From the human T2T-CHM13v2.0 reference genome, Homo sapiens: a stretch of DNA of 64,000 nucleotides. A program made the position numbers and the translations under genes. The DNA is taken from NCBI RefSeq assembly GCF_009914755.1, contig NC_060937.1; one strand, 5' to 3'. Below the pieces are notes generated by a model, which worked only from the letters and a program-made list of their open reading frames with translations, searched no databases and was not told the origin of the DNA. This document shows, piece after piece, positions 43,770 to 57,364 of the stretch; within the stretch, counting starts at the first letter, position 1; each line of letters opens with the position of its first letter.

Positions 43770-43888
43770 AAAGACACGTGAGTTAAAGTCTTATCATCCT
43801 TTATTGTTAGTTATATAACCTACAGTAAGTTATTTAACCTCATTGAAGTCTATTTACTTGTCTGAAAAAGGCAGTTAAGAATACCTGC
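43770..43888 (+). mobile_element. MIR fragment
   Basis: aagttatttaacctcattgaagtc...tctgaaaaaggc...aatacctgc. Confidence 0.5.
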
Positions 43889-44325
43889 TGTATTAGTCAG
43901 GGTTCTCTAGAGGGACAGAACTAATAGGATATCTACATACAAAGGGGTGTTCGTTAAATATGAATTTACACAATCACAGGGTCCCACAATAGGCTGTCTG
44001 CAAGCTGAGGAGCAAGGAGAGCCAGTACAATTCCCAAAACTGAAGAACGTGGAGTCCAGTGTTCAAGGGCAGGAAGCATCCAGAACGGGAGAAAGATGTA
44101 GGCTGGGAGGCCAGGCCAGTCTCTCTTTTTCACATTTTTCTGACTGTTTTATATTTGCTGGCAGCTGATTAGATGGTGCCCACTCAGATTAAGGGTGGCT
44201 CTGCCTTCCGCAGCCCACTGACTCAAATGTTAATCTCTTTCAGCAACACCATCACAGACACACCCAGGATCAATACTTTGTATCCTTCAATCCAATCAAG
44301 TTGACCCTCAGTATTAACCATCACA
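43889..44325 (-). mobile_element. MLT2A (A1-like) LTR, the 3' LTR of HERV-L
   Basis: tgtattagtcagggttctctagagggacagaactaatagga...cagtattaaccatcaca; adjoining polypurine tract GACAAGGGGTGGACT on the minus strand. Confidence 0.92.
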
Positions 44326-45103
44326 AGTCCACCCCTTGTCAACTTGAACCCATACACATCTCCTGAGATCATACATAATCTTCAATAAAGACAATAACAA
44401 GGTCATAATTACACTTAACATAGTACAACTATCCTTCGTACAGAAACGTACCAATCCCCAACCCAAATACTATTACATAGCTTTAACAGTACTAAAAGGC
44501 TTATATTGAAGTCCATAAATCTTACATCACGTGATAAAGGAAAAGGGAATAAAGATATTTTCTTAGTACAAGTGTATACATGCACAGACATGTTTTTAGC
44601 AAAAGAAGGTGGAGACACTCATGACAATTACAGTCTGCGTTCTGCAGCTGGTCACGTGGTCATAGCTGGTATTGATGACTACCTTTTTCTAATACCAATT
44701 CTTTATTCCCTTTGCCTTCAGCAAGCGCCTCAGCAAGTCATGGTTTTGTTTCCTGGTGGAGTGACCCACACCCTCATTCCTGAGGGGGTCTGGGCCATTT
44801 GTAGTCCTGCCTGGATTGAGCTGTTGTAGTTTCCCATTGACCTTAATCTCAGGGCATGGTAATACTAAGAGATGCCCTAAAAGATCTCCTGTGTTCCGTG
44901 TATTCTCTTCCTTACCTCCGTTATGGAGTAGTAGATTGATTTCATCTTGATAGTCCGGGTCAATCACCCCAGCCAACACTGTAACTCTCTTCTTAGCCTG
45001 TTGACTCAAAGGTAGGAGGAGCCCAAAGTGTCCAGGTGGCAATCTTAGCTGCCATTTTAATGGAATCATTCTTGTGTCTCCTGGTGGCAGTATTCCTCCC
45101 TCT
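44326..45103 (-). mobile_element. HERV-L internal 3' fragment
   Basis: Contiguous with the MLT2A LTR; carries a dUTPase remnant; ends abruptly at about 45103. Confidence 0.88.
44800..45100 (-). pseudogene. HERV-L dUTPase remnant
   Basis: IPLKWQLRLPPGHFGLLLPLSQQAKKRVTVLAGVIDPDYQDEINLLLHNGG, including the dUTPase motif-3-like GVIDxDY. Confidence 0.82.
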
Positions 45104-45596
45104 AAACAGTTCTCACTGAGAAGAAAAGCTGCTCCTGCCAGAGCTAGTTAATTCTCAGAGACAGCAAAGGGCTCAACAGGAGCTTGCCTTTGATATGCCA
45201 AGTAACCAATCCAGATCCCTATCTTCTCTATCTGGATCTTATTCCCAAGTAGATAATATTCTTCTGTCTTAATCATCCCAGGGCAAGATACCAGGTAACT
45301 AGAAACTGTCCCTATAGCTTAGAGACGGCCAATATTGTTCAAATTAGCCAGTCCTAAACTGTTTGCTGTGCCATGCTTTTCCCTTGAAAACCACCATAAA
45401 GTGTTCTGTGAAGTGCTCACCCCTTCCACTTCCACTGGCTGACAGCCAGCATGTTGCCTTGAGTAAGCCTGCATGGTATGGCATGCTTTCTGTTTTTTGG
45501 ACCTGTGAGTATAATGAACTTTGTTTTCCTGAGCCTCCTCTGTGTTTCCGTGTGTATTCACATCTGACTGACCATGACATTAAAGAATGTTAAACA
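45104..45596 (+). mobile_element. Older ERVL-class LTR fragment (MER54/MER74/LTR47-like)
   Basis: gtaaccaatccag; ttcaaattagccagtcctaaactgttt...tttcccttgaaaaccaccataaag; family uncertain. Confidence 0.5.
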
Positions 45597-46319
45597 CATG
45601 CTCTGTGTCATTTTAATGGATCTATTTTTCAATCTACCTAGTCAAAGTGCATCAATAGTGGACAGCTGGTTTTCTCCTGTTTCACCGTATTTGCATTTCA
45701 ATTTTACCAGAATTGTTTTTCCTATGCTTAATGTAGACTTGGAGACTATGCACTGTATAGGTTTAAAAAAGTCTATGGTGGACACATAATAAAAGTCACA
45801 GCATTATTGCTCTGTGTCAGATTTTTCTCATATCATCTGTTGTACCCAATATACCTGTTTTTTCAGTTCCTAGAAATATTGATACCTTTATTTTTTTCTT
45901 CCTCTTTTACCAGTTTTTAAGCCATTTTTCATTAATTAATTATTAATTTAATATTTCAAGAAAAATTGGATTAACAAATCTAGGTAAAACTTACAATGTT
46001 ACAATGTTCTTTTTGTTCTTCCTCTGGACATGGCAACCTTGAAGAAATTAAATATATATTAGTTTATTGAGTTCATGATTTGGGTGTCCTAGAAATATTT
46101 GGGTTCCTAAATCATGAAGAACATCAACTTTGTTATATTTTGTTATAGATAATACAGTAAATTATATATTATATATTATTATTATTAAGTGGGGAGTAGG
46201 GAAGCAAATTCTACTGATGAGAAAGAGCAAAATTAAAAATGTTAGAGTGAATCAAATTTTTAAGGATCATTCTAATATTTGAGTTTATTAAGATACCATA
46301 TATATTTCATCACATATTT

Positions 46320-46681
46320 ATATCATTTAGTTTTGCATCCCCAGCCAGATCTCAACTCAAATTGTAACCCCCAAGTGCTAAGGGAAGAACCTGGTGGGAG
46401 GTAATTGAATTATGGTGTCAGTTTTCCCCACTCTGTTCTTATGATAGTGAGCGAGTTCTCATGAGATCTGCTGGTTTGATAAGTGTCTGGCATTTCTCCT
46501 GCTGGCACTCATTCTCTCTCCTGCTGCAGGACAGCAGGTGAAGAGGTGCTTTCCACCATGATTGTAAGTTTTCTGAGGTCTCTCCAGCCATGCGGAACTG
46601 TGAGTCAATTTAACCTCTTTTCTTTATAAATTATCCAGTGTTGGCTATTTCTTCATAGCAGCATGAGAATGGACTAATATA
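46320..46681 (+). mobile_element. THE1 (D-like) solo LTR
   Basis: cctggtgggaggtaattgaattatgg...ccatgattgtaagttttctgagg...gagaatggactaatata. Confidence 0.87.
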
Positions 46682-46746
46682 TATATCCTATACAAAATAT
46701 AATTTTCAAATTAGAGAAGAAAATACATAGTTTAAAAATGTTTATC

Positions 46747-46945
46747 AGCCTGGACAACATAGGGAGACCCTGTCTCTACAGAAATATAAAAATAGAAAAA
46801 TTAGTCCCAGCTACTGGAGAAGCTGAGGTGGAAGGATTAGCAGCCAGGAGTTTGAGGTTCCAGTGAGCTGTGATAATCCCACTGCACTTTAAGGTAGGTG
46901 ACAAAGCAAGGCCCTATCTTAAAGATAAACAATAAAAAATAAATT
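46747..46945 (+). mobile_element. Truncated AluJ-like element
   Basis: gcctggacaacatagggagaccctgtctctac...aggagtttgaggttccagtgagctgtgat; TSD-like gtttatca on both sides. Confidence 0.8.
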
Positions 46946-48425
46946 AGAAGAACAAAGTTTATCATTTAATATATTTTATTTTAAAATAAAATAAAGCTGC
47001 TACTGGGGCCTAAACACTGAGCTAGAAATTGAATTTGTAGAGATGAATAATAATTCAGATTTCTTTGAAAAGCTAAGCGTTTAGTAATTGAATATTCAAA
47101 GATTTATTGAAAATGTTCTAGATGTTGCAGATGTTGAAAAGACCTCAAATTGCTTTTAAAACAAAAAATAAGTAACTAAAAATTTTATTTGTTTTATTTT
47201 TTAAACCTGGTCAGTATTTGATTTTTTAAAATCTTAGTCACTTATATCTACTGACTGTCAGACCACACATTTTTACAAATATAAGATAAATTTATATCAA
47301 GCAGTCTTGAGGTATCTTGCAGAACTATCTTCATCGTTAAAGATATAATTAGAAGAATAAATTAGTAAATTATGTGGAACGTTATCACTGTCTAAAAAAG
47401 CTAGAAATTGGTGAAGTATTTAAAAGTCAGTAAAAGGTTAATGGGAATTCTAATGTCCAATTAACATTTCTTTCAATTACAAAATTTCATTAATGTTACT
47501 CTGTATATGATTTATGGCCAGTGTACACAAATCTAAATTGCAATTGTTGAAAAAGTCTGATTAAAGGAAACAAGCTACTCTCATTCTTTTAAAGTAGATA
47601 TATCACTAGCCAAAAGTTTCACTTATAAAAGACAGTCAATTTAAAATTACTTGCTTTATAATTTGAAAAAAATATATCTACTCAATTATATTACATTAAA
47701 CAGAATATACAGAATATTCTTAAAAATTAATGTACAAATGCAAAACATAATATACTACTCTTTTTAAGAAAATTGCTGGCAAGATTTGTTATTCAATTCA
47801 GCATGTATTCCCTCCATAATATAAAAAAGTTTGCCATGACAATAAGAAGAGATGAATATTCTGTAGTCTTAGTTTAAGAATAAATTCCTAGTTTACAAAA
47901 GGTATAATGCCTACATTCTCTCACATACTAGCCACTAAACTTTGACTAAATAATTTGACATTTTTAATAGAATTAAAATACAGAATGCCTAATCAGAATT
48001 TTCCATTTAGAAAGTACTATTCTACTATGAGTGGATATTTTGGGTTGTTTTGAAGATCTAGTATTTTCAAGCCCCGAAGATATTTTAACATGTTATTTAG
48101 TTCTTCAGTATTTCCTACAAATAATATTATACTTGGAAAGTCAGCTGGTAGACAACCTGTAGGATATGCCTGGTGATTTCAAGCTCAAAAAAGTACATTT
48201 GCATAATACCTGAAGATTTAAAACTCAGTTGTGGTTTTTATTCTGGATATGATATTGATTTTTATATTCATTTATTTACGTAATTTTTATAATTTCAACT
48301 TTTATTTGAGATTTGGGGGGTAGCTGTGCAGATTTGTTACATAGGTATATTGCTTGGTGCTAAGGTTTGAGATACAATTGAACCTATCACCTGGGAAGTG
48401 AGCATAGTATCCAATAGTTAGTGCT

Positions 48426-48722
48426 TCTTTTCCTTCCTTCCTTCCTTCCTTCCTCCCTCCCTCCCTCCCTCCCTCCCTTCCTTCCTTCATCCTTCTCTCT
48501 CTTCTTCCTTCCTCCCTCCCTCCCTCTCTTCTTCCTTCCTTCCTTCCTCCCTCCCTCCCTCTTCTTCCTTCCTTCATTCCTTCCTTCCTTCCTCCCTCCT
48601 CCCTCCCTCTCTTTCTTCCTTCCTTCCTTCTTCCCTCCCTATCTTCCTCCTTCCCTCCCTCCCTCCTTTCTTTCTTTCCTTCCTTCCTTCTCTCTCCTTT
48701 CTTTCTCTTTCTTTCTTTCCTC

Positions 48723-48769
<47 letters not shown>

Positions 48770-48855
48770 TCCTTCCTTCCTTCCTTCCTTCCTTCTTTTT
48801 CTTTCTTTACTTCTTTCCTTCTTTCTCTTTTCTTTCTTTCTTTCTGCTTTCTTTC
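48426..48855. repeat. About 430-bp compound polypyrimidine tract (CCTT/CCCT/CTTT), an expanded Alu tail
   Basis: Directly visible; lies between the Alu body and its TSD. Confidence 0.95.
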
Positions 48856-49155
48856 ACTAGTTCTTGCTCTGTCTCCCAGGCTCGAGTGCAGTGGCACAAC
48901 CACTGCTCACTGCACTGTAGAATTCCTGAGCTCAAGTGATCCTCCTGCCTCAGCCTCTTGAGTAGTTAGGACTACAGGTGCCTTCCACAACACCCAGCTA
49001 TTAAATTATTATTATTACTATTATTATTATTATTTTGTAGAGATGGGTTTTTACCATGTTGCCCAGGCTGTTCTCAAACTCCTGGATGCAAATGACTTCC
49101 CTGCCTAGACCTCCTAGAATGCTGAAGTTACTGTTGTGAGCCACTGTGCCTGGCC
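48856..49155 (-). mobile_element. AluJ-like element
   Basis: gagctcaagtgatcctcctgcctcagcc; gttgcccaggctgttctcaaactcc; TSD caatagttagtgct (48412-48425) / cagcagttagttct (49156-49169). Confidence 0.9.
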
Positions 49156-49859
49156 CAGCAGTTAGTTCTGCAGTCCTTTTTGCGCCTCCTTTCCTCTCCC
49201 TTCTAGTAGTCCCCAGTGTTTATTGTTGCCATCTTTATTTCCATGAGTACCAAATACTTAGCTCCCATGAGAAGTGAGAACATGTGGTATTTCTGTTCCT
49301 GTTTAATTTGGTTAGGATAATGACCTCCAGCACATCCATGCTGCTGCGAAGGACATGATTTCTTTCTTTTTTATGGCAGCATGGTATTGGGTGGTGTATA
49401 TGTGCAATATTTTATTTATCCAATCTAAAATTACTGGGCACCTAAGCTGATTTCACATCTCTGCTATTGTGAATAGCAGTGCAATGAAGATACAAGTGTA
49501 TATGCCTTTTGGTACAATGACTTATTTTCTTTTGGATATCTACCCAGCAGTGTGATTGCTGGATTAAATGGTAGTTCTCTTTTAAATCATTTGAGAAATC
49601 TTCAAACTGCTTTCCACAGTGGCCTATGGTTGCTATGTGAAGAAGTTCTATATATAGTTTTTGTTGAAATAAAAAGAAGAAGGAAAATTTATGTTTTTAA
49701 AATTATTTCCAGAACTACTAGTGGTGTTAAATCTGTTACATGGTGAAATTATGCTGATGGAGATGATTGTGTTTTTCATATGAATTTGATTGGTAAAATA
49801 AGATAATGTATTCCTGAATTAAAGAATGCTAAAAACACAATAATTTATTTTTTTAAAAA

Positions 49860-53232
<3,373 letters not shown>

Positions 53233-53349
53233 TTTTGAATTGTTTCTATATCCATGCCATACAACTTTACTAAATAAACTCACCACATTAATTACCATGT
53301 ATAATATCAAGGAGAGCAACCCAGAGATGAGGAACATTTCACTTGGTGT

Positions 53350-53560
53350 ATAAATGCATGTGCTTCAGACTCTGATAACACTTGGTTCAAAACCTTGCTC
53401 CCCACTTAATAAACTAAGTGAGTTATTTAACTCTTTTACTTTTATAGTATGAAAACACTAAGATATAAGCCATATTTGATGTGAAGAACAAATGAGATAA
53501 TTCCACGTGGTGCGCCAAGTGCTTTGAATATTTTAAGAGCTAATTAAATGATACCTTGAA
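53350..53560 (+). mobile_element. MIR fragment
   Basis: cttggttcaaaaccttgctccccactta...agttatttaactct...gtgaagaacaaatgagataat. Confidence 0.6.
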
Positions 53561-56500
53561 TAAGTATTGTTATAAATAATTTTTCTTCAAATCTATTGCC
53601 TGAACATTGGTACTTAAGACAACTTTGTAAGATCTGAAATAATTATAAGTAGTGCAGAAAAGGGAAAAAAGGAATTATTATATAACTATGTTAAAAGGCC
53701 CTTGAAACCCATAAATAGAAACCAAAATATCTGGTCATTTATTTAATATTTTTATGTGGTAAAATTGTTACATTACTGAAGAATTTTCTTTTTAAATCTT
53801 GATTTTAAAATCTTACTTTAAACATATTTAAATGTAATCATTATCTTTTTAAATAGGAGTTGTTTTAAAATGTTAAGGAGTAGTGAAAATCATAGAGCAC
53901 TGAAGATGTTTTGAGCTTTAGCTAAACCTCCTGCTTTGGTTAGAATAGCTCTGCTAGAGCCAAATGAGTATTTTTCCAGTCTGTTAAGAGTTGCTTGCTT
54001 ACTAGTGAAATTTGAGTATTTTACATTTTCTGTATGTTAATTACCTACGTTTTCTAATTTTTCTCTAAAATTTGTACTTTCTTTGTATAAAAAGTGACAT
54101 GTGTTTTTTAATCTTTTCTCTCTCTTCCTCTTTCCTTCTTTATTCTCTTTCACTCTCTTAGAAAAAAGGCAGAAATTTAATAAAAATTGATATGGTTTTT
54201 ATAATTCACACTGAGCAACTTTAATTCTACAAATTTTAATTTACTCAACAAATCGTAAATGTGTGATTAAAGATAAGCTTCAAAACATTGAGGAAAAATT
54301 TTGGATATTATATATTCAACAAAGATCCTTTATCTGTATGTTGAGTGAAATAAATCACGTAAAATGGTTCTAAAATAGTATTTATAATACATGTAAACTT
54401 CTTTATATTATTTTATTGAAAAAATGTCTGGTAATGCTGTGATATTAATATAATCTGCTGGATACTAAAGGACCAGTGGGGATTTCACAGCAGGTCAGAT
54501 CAAGGGATATGTGCAGAAGTTTAGAAAAGCCCAGTGATGCTTTAGTGTTTTCACAGATAAATATGAGAGTTGTACTTTCAACAAAGTTGAAGACTAAAGA
54601 GTTTTCTCTACTGCTACCAACAATCAATTTCACAGAATTAAGTGGCAAAATTCGAATGAAATTGACTTGAAAAGCAACTGCAAAATAAGAAATTGGATAC
54701 CGTAAGTGAAGACATCACTTCTGAGATTCTCTCTCTTTTTTTTTTTTTTTTTTTGTTTATGTGAATGGGTTAATCAGAGATAAAGCCATAGCAGCAAGGG
54801 CAAGTGGGTTTCAGAAAAAACTTACTTTTTAAGATAGAGTATATTTGAACATATTTAAATGCTAAAGAGATAAATCCTCAGTAAGAAGCAGGGTTGAAAA
54901 TAAAGAAGAGAGAACTGTGATTAATAATTTAAACAGTTGAAGCAAATGGAAAGTAAAATGTAAATCACAGCTGAGAAATTGCCTCCAATCAGGAATAAAA
55001 AGCATTTTTAATAGGATGGGAGAGGTAGAGCATGGGAACAGATTGTGGTGTGTTTGAAGGATTTAATGGAAAGATGAGGTGTTTCAAATACTTCTATACT
55101 TTCTGAAATAGAAAATAACATCTACTGACATTGAGAGTGCAGGAAGGCTGTGAATCTTGAGGACAATAAAGAAAGTTTAACATTGTAATTGCAGGGAGAG
55201 GTAGAGTATGGCTAAAAATTGAAGTGGCGAGGGTGAAGTGGAGAGCTGAAGAGGTCGTATGTACCTGAACTCAATAGTTTTCTTGGTAGAGAAAGAAGTC
55301 AAACACATCTAGAAAATGTCAATTTGATTTCAAGACTTGGCTTAAATATTACCTTTAACTTCTTTATATTTTCCAACTCTTATATAAAAAAACTACGTTT
55401 TCTGGATAGCATATATCTTGGCAATATGTATATTTATCATCTAAATCAAATTGTATGAAATATTACTGTGTATATGTAATCCTTTAAGTTCTCAGTTTCA
55501 AAAACAACATTCATCATTCAACTTTACAACCATGTAACAGGTAGCTCATTATTTGAAATAAAGTTAACTCTCACTAGCTTATAAGCTCTTGGATAGGTGA
55601 AATGTTCTTAGAGAACAGATTGTCTTTTGTCCTACAATTTGCTTTATTAGCATAATGGCTTAATGAATGACATACAGAAGAATAGACACACATACACACA
55701 TTCACACCCACACTCAAACTCCTAAATGGAGGACACACGCTGATCCTCTAATTGCCACCACTTCAGAATCCTTACACTTTTTATTCTGTTTGGTATCTGC
55801 TTTGGTTGGGTTGACCTTCTTTACTTACTATTAATCTGCCTCTCTACAACTACTTTTTAAATTATCATTGACCTTTTTTGTTTTGCTTTTTGTCCTGAGA
55901 ATGTTGTCTATGACTTATTCATCAGGAATAAAAAGACGTTCAAAATTTCATCTTCTCCCCTTCCAAATATAGATGAAATGTTTAAGCTGCAGCATCAGTG
56001 AATTTTGTTCAAATTGTCTTACTGTATTTTTTCCTTGCACATGGCTCACTTTAAACTAGCATATAATCCACTCTAGACTTTCCTAATTCTCTCCAACTGT
56101 GTTAAAATAAAGAGCTCTGATCTAGTGGCTGTCCAAAGAGAGTAACTGTGAATTCACAGTTGCTTGTAGAGTTTGTTTGTATTTTCTTGGGAAATTGGAC
56201 TGGGGGAATGAAGGAATAGGTGCCCTTTCTTTTAGTTGACATAATACTGCAATTCTAATAAATAATCACTGACCTTAGTCATAGAGTGTTTTGAAATTTG
56301 AACTATTCCCTGGCCTCCAAAAGTTTATATTTTGGGGTTTATCAATAGTAAAATCTATGATAATAACTTTCAGATGATAATACCACCAGAAAGTCTGTGA
56401 TTGATAATCTTATTTCTGGGTAATATTTGTAAATCTGTATGTATTTCTGATTCTACATATGTTTATTTATGTAAATATTAAAAGTGACAATTATAAATAG

Positions 56501-56810
56501 AATGTTCATATCATACAGAAAATCCTAAAATTTCTTGAATGTTGAAGAATCTGAAAAATGTAACTCTATTATCTGCTTCTATTGATTTCTTTAAATTTTT
56601 AGTTTCCCACATAAAATGTGGTGCCTCAATTTGAGAACATAACAGTATAAGAAGCATGACATTTCAGATTATCATCCCACAAGTTTTTCCTCTGTTTTTG
56701 TATTTGTGAATGGCATGTTATTGGGTTGTGTAGTTAAAATGCACAAAATCATACTGACAATATAAATGTATTTGCTTTAATGGGGTGATTGCATATTGAC
56801 ATTGCACCTG

Positions 56811-57230
56811 GTCGACCCTGCACCTGGTCTTCTGTCTGAGAGGTGGTGTGCAGATCTTCGTGAAGACCCTCACTGGCAAGACTGTCACCCTGGAGGTAGA
56901 CAGTGACATCATTGAAAATGTGAAACCAAGATCCAGGATAAAGAAGACATCCTCCAGACCAGCAGAGGCTCATCTTCACAGGCAAGCAGCTGGAAGATGT
57001 CCACACTCTTTCTGACTATAAAATCCAGAAAGTGTCGACCCTGCACCTGGTCCTGCATCTGAGGGGTGGCTGTTAATTCTTCAGCCTTGCATTCGCAGTG
57101 CCCAGGGACAGCATTACTCTGCACTATAGCCATTTGCCCCAATTTAAGTTTAGAAATCACCAGTTACAGTAACCGCTGAACCTGTTTGAAATGCTAATAA
57201 ATGTTTTGTTGCATGATAGCATAAGAACAA
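56811..57230 (+). pseudogene. UBB: Processed pseudogene of polyubiquitin B (symbol given is the parent): end of one ubiquitin unit, one complete but frameshifted unit, and the 3'UTR
   Basis: STLHLV..LRGG|[17 protein letters not shown]...GKQLED...[13 protein letters not shown]-stop (ggctgttaa at 57068-57076, the UBB-type terminal Cys); UBB-like 3'UTR gcattactctgcactatagccatttgcccc; AATAAA at 57196-57201; ATG>GTG change and small deletions. Confidence 0.93.
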
Positions 57231-57364
57231 GCAATGTCAATATGCAAGCAACTACATTAAAACAAATACATTCATATTGTAACATACTTTAAAATACATG
57301 TTTTACATATACCATACAAATATTGATTTAGTCTACAATACTGCATTTAAAATGATAATTGATA

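Larger units (their letters stand above)
48284..49625 (-). mobile_element. L1PA16/L1PB-like 3' fragment split by an Alu
   Basis: ttcaacttttatttgagatt...gtgagcatagtatccaatagttag, resuming after the Alu with ctagtagtccccagtgtttattgttgcc...caaactgctttccacagtggc. Confidence 0.85.

Noticed and set aside
44689-45069. 126-aa dUTPase-like ORF as a functional or domesticated gene
   Set aside because: N-terminally truncated at the junction near 45103, with no upstream HERV-L LTR; treated as a remnant.
48302-48939. 172-aa LPSF-rich and KERK-rich ORFs
   Set aside because: Translation of the polypyrimidine tract.
54430-55320. Purine-rich stretch resembling L2 (also about 35500-36780)
   Set aside because: Probably ancient L2 fragments, but too diverged for me to set boundaries or family by eye.
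56848-57076. Possible functional ubiquitin gene
   Set aside because: ATG>GTG change, small frameshifting deletions, 5' truncation and no promoter.
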